In this document: positions 12,527 through 25,970 of the stretch, one piece after another
Layout: each line of letters starts with the position of its first letter
Position numbering within the stretch: the first letter of the stretch is position 1
Assembly (NCBI RefSeq): GCF_006345805.1
Contig: NC_043004.1
Span: 88,474,001 to 88,538,000 of the forward strand
DNA: 64,000 bases
DNA from: Octopus sinensis
Lineage: Eukaryota
Direction: 5' to 3'
Program-made: the position numbers and the translations under genes
Notes under the pieces: model-generated
What the model saw: only the letters and a program-made list of their open reading frames with translations
Databases searched by the model: none
Told to the model about the DNA's origin: nothing

Positions 12527-14091
12527 TTGTAACGAATATACTCAGCAACTACCACACTAATTTTTTTATGTGCTTCAGAATATCGTGCGATGGAAATGTG
12601 TGTCTTACTTCATTCCAAGCTCTGCATCAGCGAGTTTGTTGCATTTCATTTATCAGTGTTCCTGAAAGAAGAGCTATGTCGGTAATAACTGCTTTTGAAA
12701 ATCTTTCCTTTCATATAATCCTTCAGGAAGGTGCTAAGATTCATACATACATACATACATACATACATACATACATACATGCATGCATGCATGCATACAT
12801 ACATACATACATACATACATACATACATGCATACATGCATGCATACATACATACATGCATACATACATACATACATGCATGCATACATACATATACATAA
12901 ATATATACACACACACATACATATATACATATATACACACATATACATATAGATAGATACACAGATGTACATATAAATATGCATATATGTCATATGATGT
13001 ATATATATATATGAATAAGATATTTATAGATATATACATATATACACACACGTGGTATAAGTGTGTGCCTATGTATACGTGTGTTACATAAACATGTTTA
13101 TATATAAACGCAAGCATTATCTATATATATATGGCTACCTAGTTAGGTATACATACATTTGTGCGTGCGCGAGCGAGCGTAAAACGTATATAATACTTAT
13201 AAACGATGCATGCCATACATATTTAATGAAGAAATAGGAGTTATGAAGATATTTTGAATTACATTTAATGGAAGATTTTCGAAAGAAGCTTTTGGAATTG
13301 CTATTAATTGAAAAATATACGTAAATAAAGTGACCAACTTTTTATCATGTGGCTTGTGTGATTATTTTTGTTATTCCACGCTGTGATGAAAAATATCTTG
13401 TATTATAATGAACACAGTTGACGTGACTAAGTTACTGAATGGAAATGAAATGAAATAAAGCATATATTTGCTCGGAAGTGAAGCAAAATCAATGAATATA
13501 CATACATACATACAAGTGTGTATACATATATGCATACGTTCATGTGTGCCTCTGTGTGTGTGCACGTGACAGGTGATATATTATGAATCTAATACGATGT
13601 AAGTATAAAAAATTCCATCAAAGTTTTTGAGGGAAATTCGCTGAGCCGAAAGATGTTGCGAGGAACACAAAGGGACTCAACGTGCATGGAATTGCGTGCA
13701 TAAATATATTATATGTGTGCATGTATTGTGTGAATGAGTGTATGTGCGTGCATGCGTGTGTATATGTGTGCGTATGAATGTGCTTGTGTACATGTATTTG
13801 TGTGTATGTGTATCTGTGTGTATGAGTATGTGCATGTGTGTATACATATATTTCGTAGGAGACAGGGCGAGATAGAGAGAGGGTGAGACTGATGCTTAGA
13901 AGGTAGAGGGCTTATGTTGATAATAATGGAATTGACGTGTGTATATATATATATATATATATATACATAACCGCTATTAATTATATATATATGTATATAT
14001 ATTTATATAACTCTTATTAATTTACATACATATATTATATAGAAATATATACATACATGTATAATATATAATACATGATATATAATATATA

Positions 14092-14487
14092 CTTTCCTAC
14101 TCTAGACACAAGGTCCGAAATGTTAGGAGACGAGGCAGTCGCTTAGATCAACCCCAGTACGCAACTGGTAGTACTTTATCGACCCCGAAAGGATGAAAGG
14201 CAAAATCGACCTCGGCAGAATTTGAACTCAGAACGTAATGACAAACGAAATACCTATTTATTTACTACCCACAAGGGCCTAAACACAGAGAGGAGAAACT
14301 AGGACAGACAAACGTATTAAGCAGATTACATCGACCCCAGTGCGTAACTGGTACTTATTTAATCGACCCCGAAAGGATGCATGGCAAATTCGACCTCGGC
14401 GGAATTTGAACTCAGAACTTAGCGGCAGACGAAATATCGCGTAGCATTTCGCCTGGCGTGCTATCGTTTCTGCCATCTCGCCGCCTT
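14092..14487 (-). mobile_element. Head-to-tail SINE type A dimer (long-tail copy plus truncated copy)
   Basis: Full copy 14255-14487 joined directly to a head-less copy 14092-14254. Confidence 0.8.
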
Positions 14488-14710
14488 ATGATACATAATA
14501 TATATAATACCAAAGAGAACTACGTATTGTTGACTACGGAAGAGTCATCCCATCACATGGAAACTGTTTATATTTATATTGATGAAATTGCTGATAGAAG
14601 TCGTCATAGGAACTTAGCTCCTTCATCTCAGTAAACAATCATAAGAATGTCCAACAATGATTCCTGAATTGAAACCGGTAACTCATATATATGTACATAT
14701 GTATATATAA

Positions 14711-14786
<76 letters not shown>

Positions 14787-15004
14787 TATATATATATTAT
14801 ATAATCTTTTTTGCTGTAGGCACGAGGCCTGAAATTGGCAGGATCACATCGATCGAAGCGTTCAACTTGTACCTTGTCTTTTTCCCGAAAGAATTAAAGT
14901 TAAATTCCACCTCGGTGGAATTTGTGCTCAGACGTAAGCCGGCCGAATAGCCGCTAAGCATTTTGCCCGGTTTGCTAACAATTTTGCCAGTAGAAAACGT
15001 ACGT

Positions 15005-15115
15005 GGAAATTATCTGCCTTCTGGACACCTATGTGATTAGAAAACCTGTAAGAGAAAGAAGCTATGTATGGACCATTCATTAAGAATTTGCAGATCTTGT
15101 ACCCAACAGGATACA
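15005..15115 (+). mobile_element. Small R4/Dong-like RLE relic
   Basis: VEIICLLDTYVIRK / EAMYGPFIKNLQILYP resembles DVNIKLKISEKENTYAELLRNLQLVYP at about 16980-17065. Confidence 0.5.
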
Positions 15116-15440
15116 TACCAACCCATCTGGAACGAAGTATGGTTGAAATTTGTATCTTGGGGAGAGAACACAAATACTTAATGTACGCGATATCTGGGAT
15201 TATAAAAATCTGAAAGATCTTCTTAAGATTTAAAAGATGACGGTTGAAACAAGATGATTTCCTTCACAACTTGCCATTAAGTATGTGCCCTTCAAAATTT
15301 ACTTTAAAATTAAAAAGAGAAAGAGAACACACACACATACACGCTCGCACATACACACACACACATACATACATACATACATACATACATACATACATAC
15401 ATACATACATACATACATACATACATACATACATACATAC

Positions 15441-17594
15441 ATGTTCTCCACTCATGGATAATAGAAGCCCTTCAACCTGCTAAAGTTCCAGTGAGAATAG
15501 TCGAAGCCATAGCTGACCTGACTTCATCATGGGCCACCATCATGAAATCAAGCACAAAGAGTGACTGTATTATCACCAATAGAATACAGTATCGCAAAGG
15601 CATACTCCAAGAGCCTCTTTGTGATATTGTTTATAATTTCTGTAAACCCCTTGTCATTCATGCTAAGGAAGTCTGAAGGATATCTCTCTGGTTCACAGGG
15701 AAACAGAAATACCAAAATTACACACTGTTTCTTTGTGGATAACGTAAAACTTTATGCAAAGAATATGCATGAGATGGAAAAGAGCCTTGTCCTAGTTACA
15801 TTCTGAAAGGATGTAGGGTTAGAGTTTGGTCTGTATACATGTTGTTATATGGTTGTGAAAAGCGGGAAAACTATGAACCAGACTAATAACATCTCAATCA
15901 ATGATTTGACTGTTTCCCTTGTATCTGATGAGGAATGTTACATATATCTAGCGGTGGATGAAAATATATCTCATAATGGTACCTGTAACAAAACACGTTT
16001 CACTAAAGAATATTACAGACGAATAAAAAATTGGACCTTAGAACTCTCTGTAATTCAATAAAACAATGAACCACAATGTCTTTGCAGTGCCAGTACTCAT
16101 ACCAAGATTTTGGTTGCGTGATTGAATGCTTGATGAGATCCGAGCCAATAATGTGAAAACCTGAAAAACACTAACAAGAACATATAATTTACACATAAAA
16201 TATGACGTAGACCGCTTCTACTTAAAATGAAAATTTGGCGGCATAGGCTTAAAATCGATCCAAAATGCCTTTGAATGTCGTATCATATCCTTTTGAAAAC
16301 ATCTTTTAACCACCAATTGTCGAAGTGCATCCCTTAACCAAGTTTGCATAAATGAGGCTGATAACGTCATAAGAATTGGAAAGCAACTCCTTGAGCAACA
16401 CACTTTGTCTGATAACCTAGAATACCTGGCCAAAGAAGTTGCACGACTCTACTGCAAAGTATCATCAGATGAAAGGATGAGCCTATATGAGCAGAAGATT
16501 ATGCATGGCTTTGTTAGCTCCGAGATGATAGTAACATCGATCATCAAAGCAGTTTATCACAGCCGGATTACTACCTCCCACTTTGAAGGGTATGTGTTTG
16601 CAATCCAGGAACAAGACATATCAACCAAGTACCTGATGCACAAAAGGTATAGAGATGTAGGGAAAGCAGTAAAATGTGACAACCGATGCAGACTTTGTAG
16701 AGTTTACACTGAAAATATCATCCACATCATAAGCCGTTGTCTGAAAATATCTTCACGGTATTATCTACTGATGAGACATGATGTTGTAGCTAGAACACTC
16801 TACAATGAAATCCGTCAGAAGGATAAACCCATGAACAAAGAAATAAGAACCCACAATATGGTAGAAGACATAGCCACTCATAATAGAAAGGAATACTAGT
16901 GGAATGTCCTAATAAAAAGGAATACTGGTGGAATGTCCTTGTGACGACCTCAATAAAATGAAAGCACAACAGACCTGATACAATGATGTTAACATAAAGC
17001 TGAAGATCAGTGAAAAAGAGAACACCTATGCTGAATTATTGAGAAATCTGCAGTTAGTCTATCCAGATTATAATTTCAGATTTAAGCCTGTATTTATTAG
17101 AGCTCTTGGATATGTAAAACACTGCCTAAATACCAATCTTGAGAAATTAGGCTTCTCAAAACCAAAAAGGAGAAAGTTAGATTCGAAGACTACACATCCA
17201 ATCCATCACTGGAACTGTAAAAATCTGTAAAACTTTCCAAAAGTTTATCATTTAAATATATATGAGCATGTCTAGATATGCAACTATATGCATGACAATA
17301 CATACAAAAACCGTACAAATATGCACGTACATACACACATACATACATGCATGCATACATACATACATACATCATACATACATACATACACACATACATA
17401 CATACATACATATATACATACATACATATATACATACATACATAAATACATACATACATATATACATACATACATACATAAAAAGGGAAATACCCTGTTC
17501 TTGACGTTGAAATTCCAACGAAGGAGCCTTGGATCTAGGTTAGAAACAGGTTCTTTCTCTATTGGCAAGAAATCTTGGAATAGATTGAATAATG
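15441..17594 (+). mobile_element. 5'-truncated, decayed R4/Dong-like RLE LINE bounded by (ACAT)n
   Basis: RT motifs IQYRKGILQ / LFVILFIISVNPLSFMLR / HCFFVDNVKLYAK; zinc knuckle CRLCRVYTENIIHIISRC; RLE HNRPD and GALG-like RALGYV; frameshifts and stops. Confidence 0.9.
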
Positions 17595-17606
17595 ACATAC
17601 ATACAG

Positions 17607-17910
17607 TCTTCTCAAAACAAGAAAGGAGAATGTTGATTCTAACACTACATATCCAAGCTGTCGCTGGAACTGTAAAAATCTGTAAAACTTTCTAGAAATT
17701 AATCATTTAAGTATATATGAGCAATCTAGACAGGCATCTATATGCATGACAATAAATAGATAAAACAAAACATACAAATCTGCACATATACATATATACA
17801 TACAAAAATGCCCTGTTGGTGTTGAAATTCTAATTAAGGAGCCTTGCATCAAGGTTAGGAACCGACTCTTTCGGTATTGGCAAGAAATCTTGAAATAAAA
17901 CTGAACAATA
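17607..17910 (+). mobile_element. Second, very short 3' end of the same (ACAT)n-associated LINE family
   Basis: FSKQERRMLILTLHIQAVAGTVKICKTF plus a 3' UTR similar to 17150-17594; ends in (ACAT)n 17911-17970. Confidence 0.8.
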
Positions 17911-17941
17911 ACATACATACATACATACATACATACATACA

Positions 17942-17972
<31 letters not shown>

Positions 17973-18624
17973 GCAGGCATGTTTACACACATTCTTATAT
18001 ACAAATATATTTTCACAACTCTATATACAGATCATAGTATATATATCTTTATTGGCCATTCACTTATTTAACTTAATATTCTTACAATGGTAAGTGCGTT
18101 AGCGCGAATCATTAGGGATTCTTGAGGCTCTGTAATTCTGTAGCAATATTTAAGACAAATGTTTCATGTTTTGAAAACCACGTTTACTCGGTGCAAACAA
18201 ACCATCTTACGAATTGAATTAAACGAATGTTAAATGAAATCCAAGAAAAGGCTAACAGGGGCTAATTGCCAACATCGAATTCCACTATATAATAAAGCAG
18301 AATAAATTAGCTGAACTGATCATCTCAGAATTTGTAGCTTCGTTTTAATACGCATTAAACGGACTGCTTTTCCCTCAATATCTTTCTATATCGCTATATC
18401 GCTTTCTTCTTTATACAAAATTGCGTACGATTTTTCAATCATGTTATATTGAATTAATGCTGTTTCTACGTGATCATTAGCAATCGTAGCCTCCAGGTAT
18501 TTGAATTCTAGGGAGCTGATATATTTCATTTGTAAAGATGCTTATTACATGTGTGTCTCTGTGTCTGTATGTGTGTGTGTGTGTGCGTGCGTGTATATAT
18601 ATATATATGTGTATGTATAAATAA

Positions 18625-18656
<32 letters not shown>

Positions 18657-18792
18657 ATGTGTGTGTGTGTGGTGTGTGTGTGTGTGTGTGTGTGTGTGAA
18701 CAAACGCACCCATAAATACACAGACACACATATACATGTTGATAGATAGATTCAAAACCGTGTACACGCAAACATATATATATATATATATA

Positions 18793-18831
<39 letters not shown>

Positions 18832-19156
18832 TTCGTTTATTGAGTGCACACGCTCGGAAAATCCCTTTGCCTCCTTTCTTTCTACAGGTGTGGCAGCATT
18901 AAGTGTATTCAATTGCAATAGTTTGGCATATGTCCCAGAAACTCCTTAATACACGGCTATATTAATATATGGGCAGACTAGGCTGCTGTCCGGACCCTCT
19001 CAGACCAAAATGCCCGATGGTAGACTATGTATGCATTTGCTTGGTGTCAATAGCTAAATGGTATATTGCCGTCAAAACGAACCTGCATATGTGCATATGT
19101 GTGTGTGTGTGTGTGTATGTGTGAGTATGTGTGTGTGTGTGTATGTATGTAGTGTA

Positions 19157-19452
19157 GGCGCGTGACTCAGTGGTTAGTGTATTCGCCTTACGGACGAACG
19201 GTCGTGTGTTCGATTCCTGGTGGCGCGTTATGCTCTTTCTGCATGACTATCTATTTCACTTTGTTCCAGTCTACTCAGCTCGCAAAATTAAGTTGCACCT
19301 GAATTTCAAAGGGTCATCGTGTCATATTCCGTGTCACGGTGAATCTACCTGAGGACTTCGTTAAGGCAACGCGTGTCAGTGTCTTTGATTTGATATTGTT
19401 TCGTTGATTGGATCAACTATAGAACCCACGTCGTCGTAATTGACGGAATGTC
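19157..19452 (+). mobile_element. tRNA-derived SINE, type E (head ggcgcgtggcttagtggttag)
   Basis: A/B boxes (tcagtggttag / gttcgattcc); tail similar to 45618-45933. Confidence 0.75.
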
Positions 19453-22088
19453 AGTTTGTTGGTGTATGTATGTATGTATGTTGTATGTATGTATGCATGT
19501 ATGAACTACTACGTATATGTATATATATATGTGTGTGTGTGTGTGTGTCTGTGTGTGTGTGTGTGTCTGTGTGTGTGTACGAGTATGTATGTGATTGTCA
19601 CCCACTACCTCATGACAATTGGAGTTGGTTTGTTAACGTCTCAGTAATACTAGCGGTTCGGCAAAAACAATAATCGACTGAGGTCGATTCACTCCACTAA
19701 AATCATTCAAAGCGGTGCCCCAGGATGGTCGTAGTCTAATGACTTAAGCAAGTAAAAGATACAAGATAATGTCTATAGTTACAGGCTTTGATGTTATGAT
19801 TTCGGACCCTGCCGTTGTCAACTTGAAATCTCATCCTAGCGGCGTCGATAAAATTAAAGTAATGGTCAAGTAGTGGCAATCAATATAATATTCTTATAAA
19901 ACGTAGTAAATATAAATGGAAATGTAAAGATATGAAGATACACAACTTAATAACGAGGGAAAGAAGGAAAGTGAGAGAGGAAGAAGACCGAGTGATTTCT
20001 GTTAAGAAAACGGTGAGAAAGAAAAGAATCGGTTGTGTTGGACGCTAACGAATCAAGTAGAAGATTAGAAAGAAATGGTAGAAACAGGAGAGAAAGGGCG
20101 AGTGGTAAAGAGAAGTCAAAGAGGGGAGGTTAAAGAGAGAAAGGTGAGAGAATGAAAGTAAAGAAAGGGTTATTCGATTCTTTGGTAATATCCTCAGTGC
20201 AATCGATTCAGCTCTTGTTTTATTCCTTTTATCTCAGACCAATTTTGAAGAACGAATAAGTCCTCCCTAAACAGCATAAAACAAAGGAATAACATAATGG
20301 CTTTCTGGGAACAGAAGAACACAAGACCGCAATCATAAAACAGCTTAAATATAGTGAAACCCTGAATGTTGAACGCTTGCATTGTAAAGTCAATCTGCAA
20401 GTTTCATAGATTGACACAAATTGAAGAATTCTAAAGACGACGGAATTCGTCGCTTCCGAAACACTGCACTACAAGAACTATTAACTTAAAAGCATCCACA
20501 AGAGTTTTACACGCACTTTGAATTTACAATCTCAAAACTAAACTTCATTCATCACAAAATCATTGATTGTTTGTCATTCTTTCTCCCTCCTTGCACAATT
20601 TCTCTTTCTCTCCCTCTCTGAAGAGGTGCCTAAGAAATTTTCCAACAAACGCAAGCGCCATTGTCATCTCTCATCTAACAACGTCAAAATATTCTTTTGT
20701 CTGAAAGACGAACGACTATCAACCATTAGGTATGTCTTGACCGAGTGCTAGAATTCCCTTTGTATTGCTATAGTTATTTCTTTCGTCGGTTTCTTCAATT
20801 TATCTCGCTTGCTTACATGATTTTTTTAAAGAAGATATAATCTGGCTACACATATGGAACACGGATCACTATCTATATTGTTTTAGTTTTTACAGACGTT
20901 TCTTAAGCTTATCTTTATTAAGAAATTTTAATATAAGTTTTTCTAATAACACCAACAAATATATGTTGAAGGTTTCGAAATCTATTATTATAATCTGTAG
21001 TAATAAAAAAAAATGGATGTATGATCTGTCATGCACATACGTACACACGTACACTCAGATATACGCTCACTCGTTACTGAAATGTAGTTTGTTCTTTTGA
21101 TCTCGATGTTCTGTCTACAAACATGGCGTTCTGTCTGTCAATACAATTATCTCTGTCTCTATGTGTGTCTGTTTCTACATATATATGTAGGTATATATGT
21201 CTATATATGTATCTATGTATATATGTATATATATGTAAGTATATATATATACATACATATATTACACACACACAGATATTTATATACTTTGGTATTTATA
21301 TCATGTTACGTATAAAAATTTAATATAAAACTGAAAGATTACTCAGTACATTTTAGTAGAGTACATGGTTATTAACTTTTACAAACATTGCTGTGACAAT
21401 AGAATCGAAGTTTCGACCGTCACCAGGAACAATTATACACATAGGCGCGCGCACATACACCTTCACAAATACATACATAATACATACATAGACACATACA
21501 TATATACATACATACACACATACATACTTACATACATACATATATATATATATATTGATCATGCTGGTCGTCAGCCATTTTGAATTTGAATGACAGAAGT
21601 TGACTGTTATTATCGTAAGGTGGGCTGCAATTGGTCGAGTAAGATCACGCGATGTGGTGGTTTGATGTTGGTATATGGGTAACAGTTAGTTGGGGGGAAA
21701 TACCGCATAGCGAACAAGAAATTCACCACGTGGAGAACAGGAAATAGAGTACGTGGGGATTAGAAATCGGTCAGTTTGTTGGGGAGGGAAGTAGGAAGGG
21801 GTGGCATATGCAAATGTATAGTTTTATATATGTGTGTGAAAACGCGCACATAGAGTTTTGCGTGCATGTGTATATTGATGTGAGTGTGCGCATTTATACA
21901 TGGGCGTACACGCACGCACGTCGTCTACACACACACACACTTATAGACAGACGCTTGGACGAAAAGCACGCGCACACGCAAGCACATACACATGCATGCG
22001 CACACATGCACAGACATACACCCATACACACATGCGTATTCATTGATATGTACATATGCATATTCGCATGCATGCAGGCATGCATACC

Positions 22089-22322
22089 TATTTCTTTACT
22101 ACCCACAAGGGGCTAAACATAGAAGGGACAAACAAGGACAGACAAACGGATTAAGTCGATTACATCGACCCCAGTGCGTAACTGGTACTTAATTTATCGA
22201 CCCCGAAAGGATGAAAGGCAAAGTCGACCTTGGCGAAATTTGAACTCAGGACGTAGCGACAGACGATATACCGCAAAGCATTTCGCCCGGCGCGCTAACG
22301 ATTCTGCCAGCTCGCCGCCTTG
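22089..22322 (-). mobile_element. SINE type A (long tail) with 17-bp TSD
   Basis: atgcaggcatgcatacc at 22072-22088 and 22323-22339. Confidence 0.9.
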
Positions 22323-22703
22323 ATGCAGGCATGCATACCAGTGCGCGTACGCATGTGCATATGTACGCACGTGCGAGTACACTCGCGCAAAACAAGCGCT
22401 GGGGATTGGGAAAAGTTGGGGATTGGCAAATGGTGGTCCAGCTCATGGGGTTGGTTGATACCGGTGACCTTGGTGCAGGTGGTGCAGAGTAGCAACTGGT
22501 GCAAAGTGGGTATATCCGGGTTTGCGTCAGTCAGAAGCCTGAAAATTGCCAGAAGAGCGTATCAATGCTGACAGCAATACGATAAATCGCATTTCTTGTT
22601 GATGAATACTGCGGATTGTTGGAAGATTTGCAGTTTTTCGTGGAGGCAGTTTTTCGCAGGGTGAATATGGTGAATATATACGCCTGTGTATATATACACA
22701 CGT

Positions 22704-22955
22704 GGAGGCGCGTGGCTTAGTGGTTAGGGTGTCAGCATCATGATCGTAAGATTGTGGTTTCGACTCCTGGACCGGGCGAAGCGTTGTGTTCTTGAGCAAA
22801 ACACTTCATTTCACGTTGCTCCAGTCCACTCAGCTGGCAAAAATGAGTAACGCTGCGATGGACTGGCGTCCCGTCCAGCTGGGGAACACATACGCCATAG
22901 AAACAGGGAAACCGGGCCCATGAGACTGGCTAGGCTTTAAAAAAGGGCACATTTG
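22704..22955 (+). mobile_element. tRNA-derived SINE, type D
   Basis: ggaggcgcgtggcttagtggttaggg...gtttcgactcc; central gctgcgatggactggcgtcccgtccag (V-SINE-like); reverse copy at 33838-34099. Confidence 0.85.
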
Positions 22956-22995
22956 TTTATTTTATTTTACATATACACACACATACATACGTACA

Positions 22996-23045
<50 letters not shown>

Positions 23046-23064
23046 CATGCGTGTGTAGTATAAA

Positions 23065-23458
23065 AGTGGTCCAGTCCATTAGATTGACCCTAGTACGCAA
23101 CTGGTAATTAATCTATTGATCCCGAAAGGATGAAAGAGCAAAGTCAACCTCGGCGGAATTTGAACTCAGAACGTAAAGAGAGACGAAATACCGCTAGGAA
23201 TTTCGCCCGGCGTGCTAACGTTTCTTATTTCTTTATTGCCCACAAGGGGCTAAACACATAGAGTACAAACAAGAACAGACAAACGGATTAAGTCGATTAT
23301 ATCGACCCCAGTGCGTAAATGGTACTTATTTAATCGACCCCGAAAGGATGAAAGGCAAAGTCGACCTCGGCGGAATTTGAACTCAGAACGTAGTGGCAAA
23401 CGAAATACCACTAAGCATATCGCCCGGCGTGCTAACGTTTTTGTCATCTCGCCGCCTT
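23065..23458 (-). mobile_element. Head-to-tail SINE type A dimer
   Basis: Full long-tail copy 23226-23458 joined to a truncated copy 23065-23225. Confidence 0.8.
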
Positions 23459-23838
23459 AATGCAAAATAATATTAAGAGAATTATTGTAATATTTTTAGA
23501 TAAATTGATGACACTATATCAATTTATTGAAATGAGTTATATCATTTAAATAACTCATTTAAATCTATTAGATATTTTTTGAACTTACATATAACCGTTA
23601 TTATATTATATATAACTGTTATTAAATTATATGTGTATATAACTGTTAGATTAAACTATTGATATATTATTTTTGTTATTTACATTTGTCCTTCGTTCTT
23701 TGAGAAAATTAACTTGGAGCTACTTTTTACAAATCAATTTATACACACTCTTTTATAAACCCGAGAAAAGAAAGACGAGGTGCAAACTTAGATTTTGTAC
23801 CCTAAAAAAAATTGGGGAGAACTTGCACCCATCAATAG

Positions 23839-23870
<32 letters not shown>

Positions 23871-24398
23871 GGATGTATATATACATACATGTATGTCTGT
23901 CGGTCTGTTTGTCTGTCTCTCTCTCTGTCTGTCCATCCATCAATCTGTCTGTCTGTCTCTATATATATTTATAACCTTGATCGCCTTGACCGACCAGTCC
24001 GTCGGGTGTCCATTTGAAAACGCTGGTCACAGCACGCTGGCCACTTCTCTCTAGATCGCGCCTTTTACATCCACATGATCTCTGTCACCCTCCTGAATTC
24101 ATAACTCCACCGTCGCGGAGGCCTTCCGAGTGGTCGTTTCTCCTGAACTCCTATATATATATATACACACACACACTCACACAAATATGTGTATGGGTAC
24201 ATTGACGCCATTTTATAATTTTAGTTTCGCGCATGCGCATTGTTTTTTTAAAAATTTTTTGTCAACTACACAGTATCGTAGGGTCTGTTGGGCACTGTCT
24301 GTGAGAAAACCAACAATATGACTCAGTTAATTCTGCCAGAAATTTAGAAACGACATTCTGTCCTGCTTGGCATTCGCGCCAGAAGCTCCAATACAAAC

Positions 24399-25032
24399 AT
24401 GTTCCAATGTGAACACGTACCAAATGTGATAAAAATCAAGCATCCACTCAGCATTATGGTGTTTGGAGTGATCACTAGTGACGGCGACGTTATGCAGCCA
24501 TTCATCTTCCCACACGACCTCAGACTCAACACGGAGGCCTACATCAAGTGCTTGGGGCAGGTAGTGCTACGATGGGCTGCTGGAAGAACCTATATCTGCC
24601 AACAGGACTCTTTCACCATGCCACACAAGCAGAAGGAACCAGTCATGGCTGTCGGACAATTTCTGCGACACATCATCCCTAACATCTGGCCACCTAACTC
24701 CTCACAGTGCAACCTCCATGATTATTATGTGTGGGTGCAATTGAGCGTGAGACCAACAGAACTCCTTGTAACACAGAAGATGAACTGAGGGCAAGGATTA
24801 TGACAGTATTCACCATCTTAAGCAAGTACACCGCCCACAAGAGTTGCGGGAGAATTTAAAGTTGTCTGGAGGCTGTGGTTGAAGCCAATGGCAATTTCAT
24901 TGAATAAATTTACTCTTTAGTATTTCAAGATATTTTAGTGTAATTTTGGTAAATATATCTGCTAAAATGAGATGTTAGTGTTATTTTCATGTTTGCGCAA
25001 TTTAGACGACAGTTTATTCACAGTACCCTGTA
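24399..25032 (+). mobile_element. Tc1/mariner superfamily DD37D (maT-like) transposase 3' fragment with right terminus
   Basis: KHPLSIMVFGVITSDGDVMQPFIFP...QQDS...PNIWPPNSSQCNLHDYYVW; 37 residues between QQD and HDYY; right end ...cagtaccctg-TA. Left end not seen. Confidence 0.85.
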
Positions 25033-25145
25033 TATATATATGTATATATATATATACATATATTCTTTATTTTATCTAGTTTCAGCTCACGAGCTGTGGC
25101 CATGCTGGGTCACTGCCATTCACACACACACACACACACACACAC

Positions 25146-25182
<37 letters not shown>

Positions 25183-25184
25183 TT

Positions 25185-25762
25185 AAAAATTCTTATAATT
25201 ATAAGTATAATTATAATTAGGGTTCAGCAAAGAAATTTGCTTCACCACCTACCGAAATTTAGAAATAGCATCCAAAACTCGTTATTTCTCTACCATAAGA
25301 AAATCTCCCAGACAACAATACTCAACAACCCACGCAGGTAAAGAGAAAAAAGTAACGAATTCACTCGGTTTACATTAACTGTGAACGCGTTTCGGAGTTA
25401 GATAGATATGAAAAATGCAAAAGCCACATTTCCATTCTATCATTCTCGCTCTTCAGCACAGTACTTCAAGACTTTAAAATTGAGAGCACTGTAAAAAAAG
25501 AAAAAAATTAACATACCTTATCTGATTCCAGCGACACCAGACAAATTATATCCAATGACCAGTACCTCTGAATTCAAACAGACGAATGAGATCCCGTATT
25601 TTCCCTCACCCACCCACGTGTAATATCATGTAAAATTCTACAGAAACAAAACTGTAGTTTACTATTAGAGAGAGAATTATATTATCATTAATAACAAAGT
25701 GGTAAAGCAAATTTCTTTGCTGAACACTAATTATAATTATACTCATAATTATAAGAATTTTT
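25185..25762 (-). mobile_element. Inverted-repeat-bounded Penelope-like remnant containing a hammerhead
   Basis: 64-bp arms 25185-25248 and 25699-25762 with 3 mismatches; HHR inside on the minus strand. Confidence 0.65.
25378..25462 (-). ncRNA. Type-I hammerhead ribozyme with canonical core
   Basis: actgtg-CTGAAGA-[extended stem II hairpin]-GAAAC-GC-GT-T-cacagt; 6-bp stem I, palindromic ACGCGU stem III, GUU triplet. Confidence 0.7.
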
Positions 25763-25872
25763 GTTTAAGTTTTACCGATAATGATTCTTTTAACATACCG
25801 AACTACTTGGTAGAATTATTAATTATTAATTAATTAATGAATTAATTAATTAATTTTACCCTTTATTATTAA

Positions 25873-25970
<98 letters not shown>

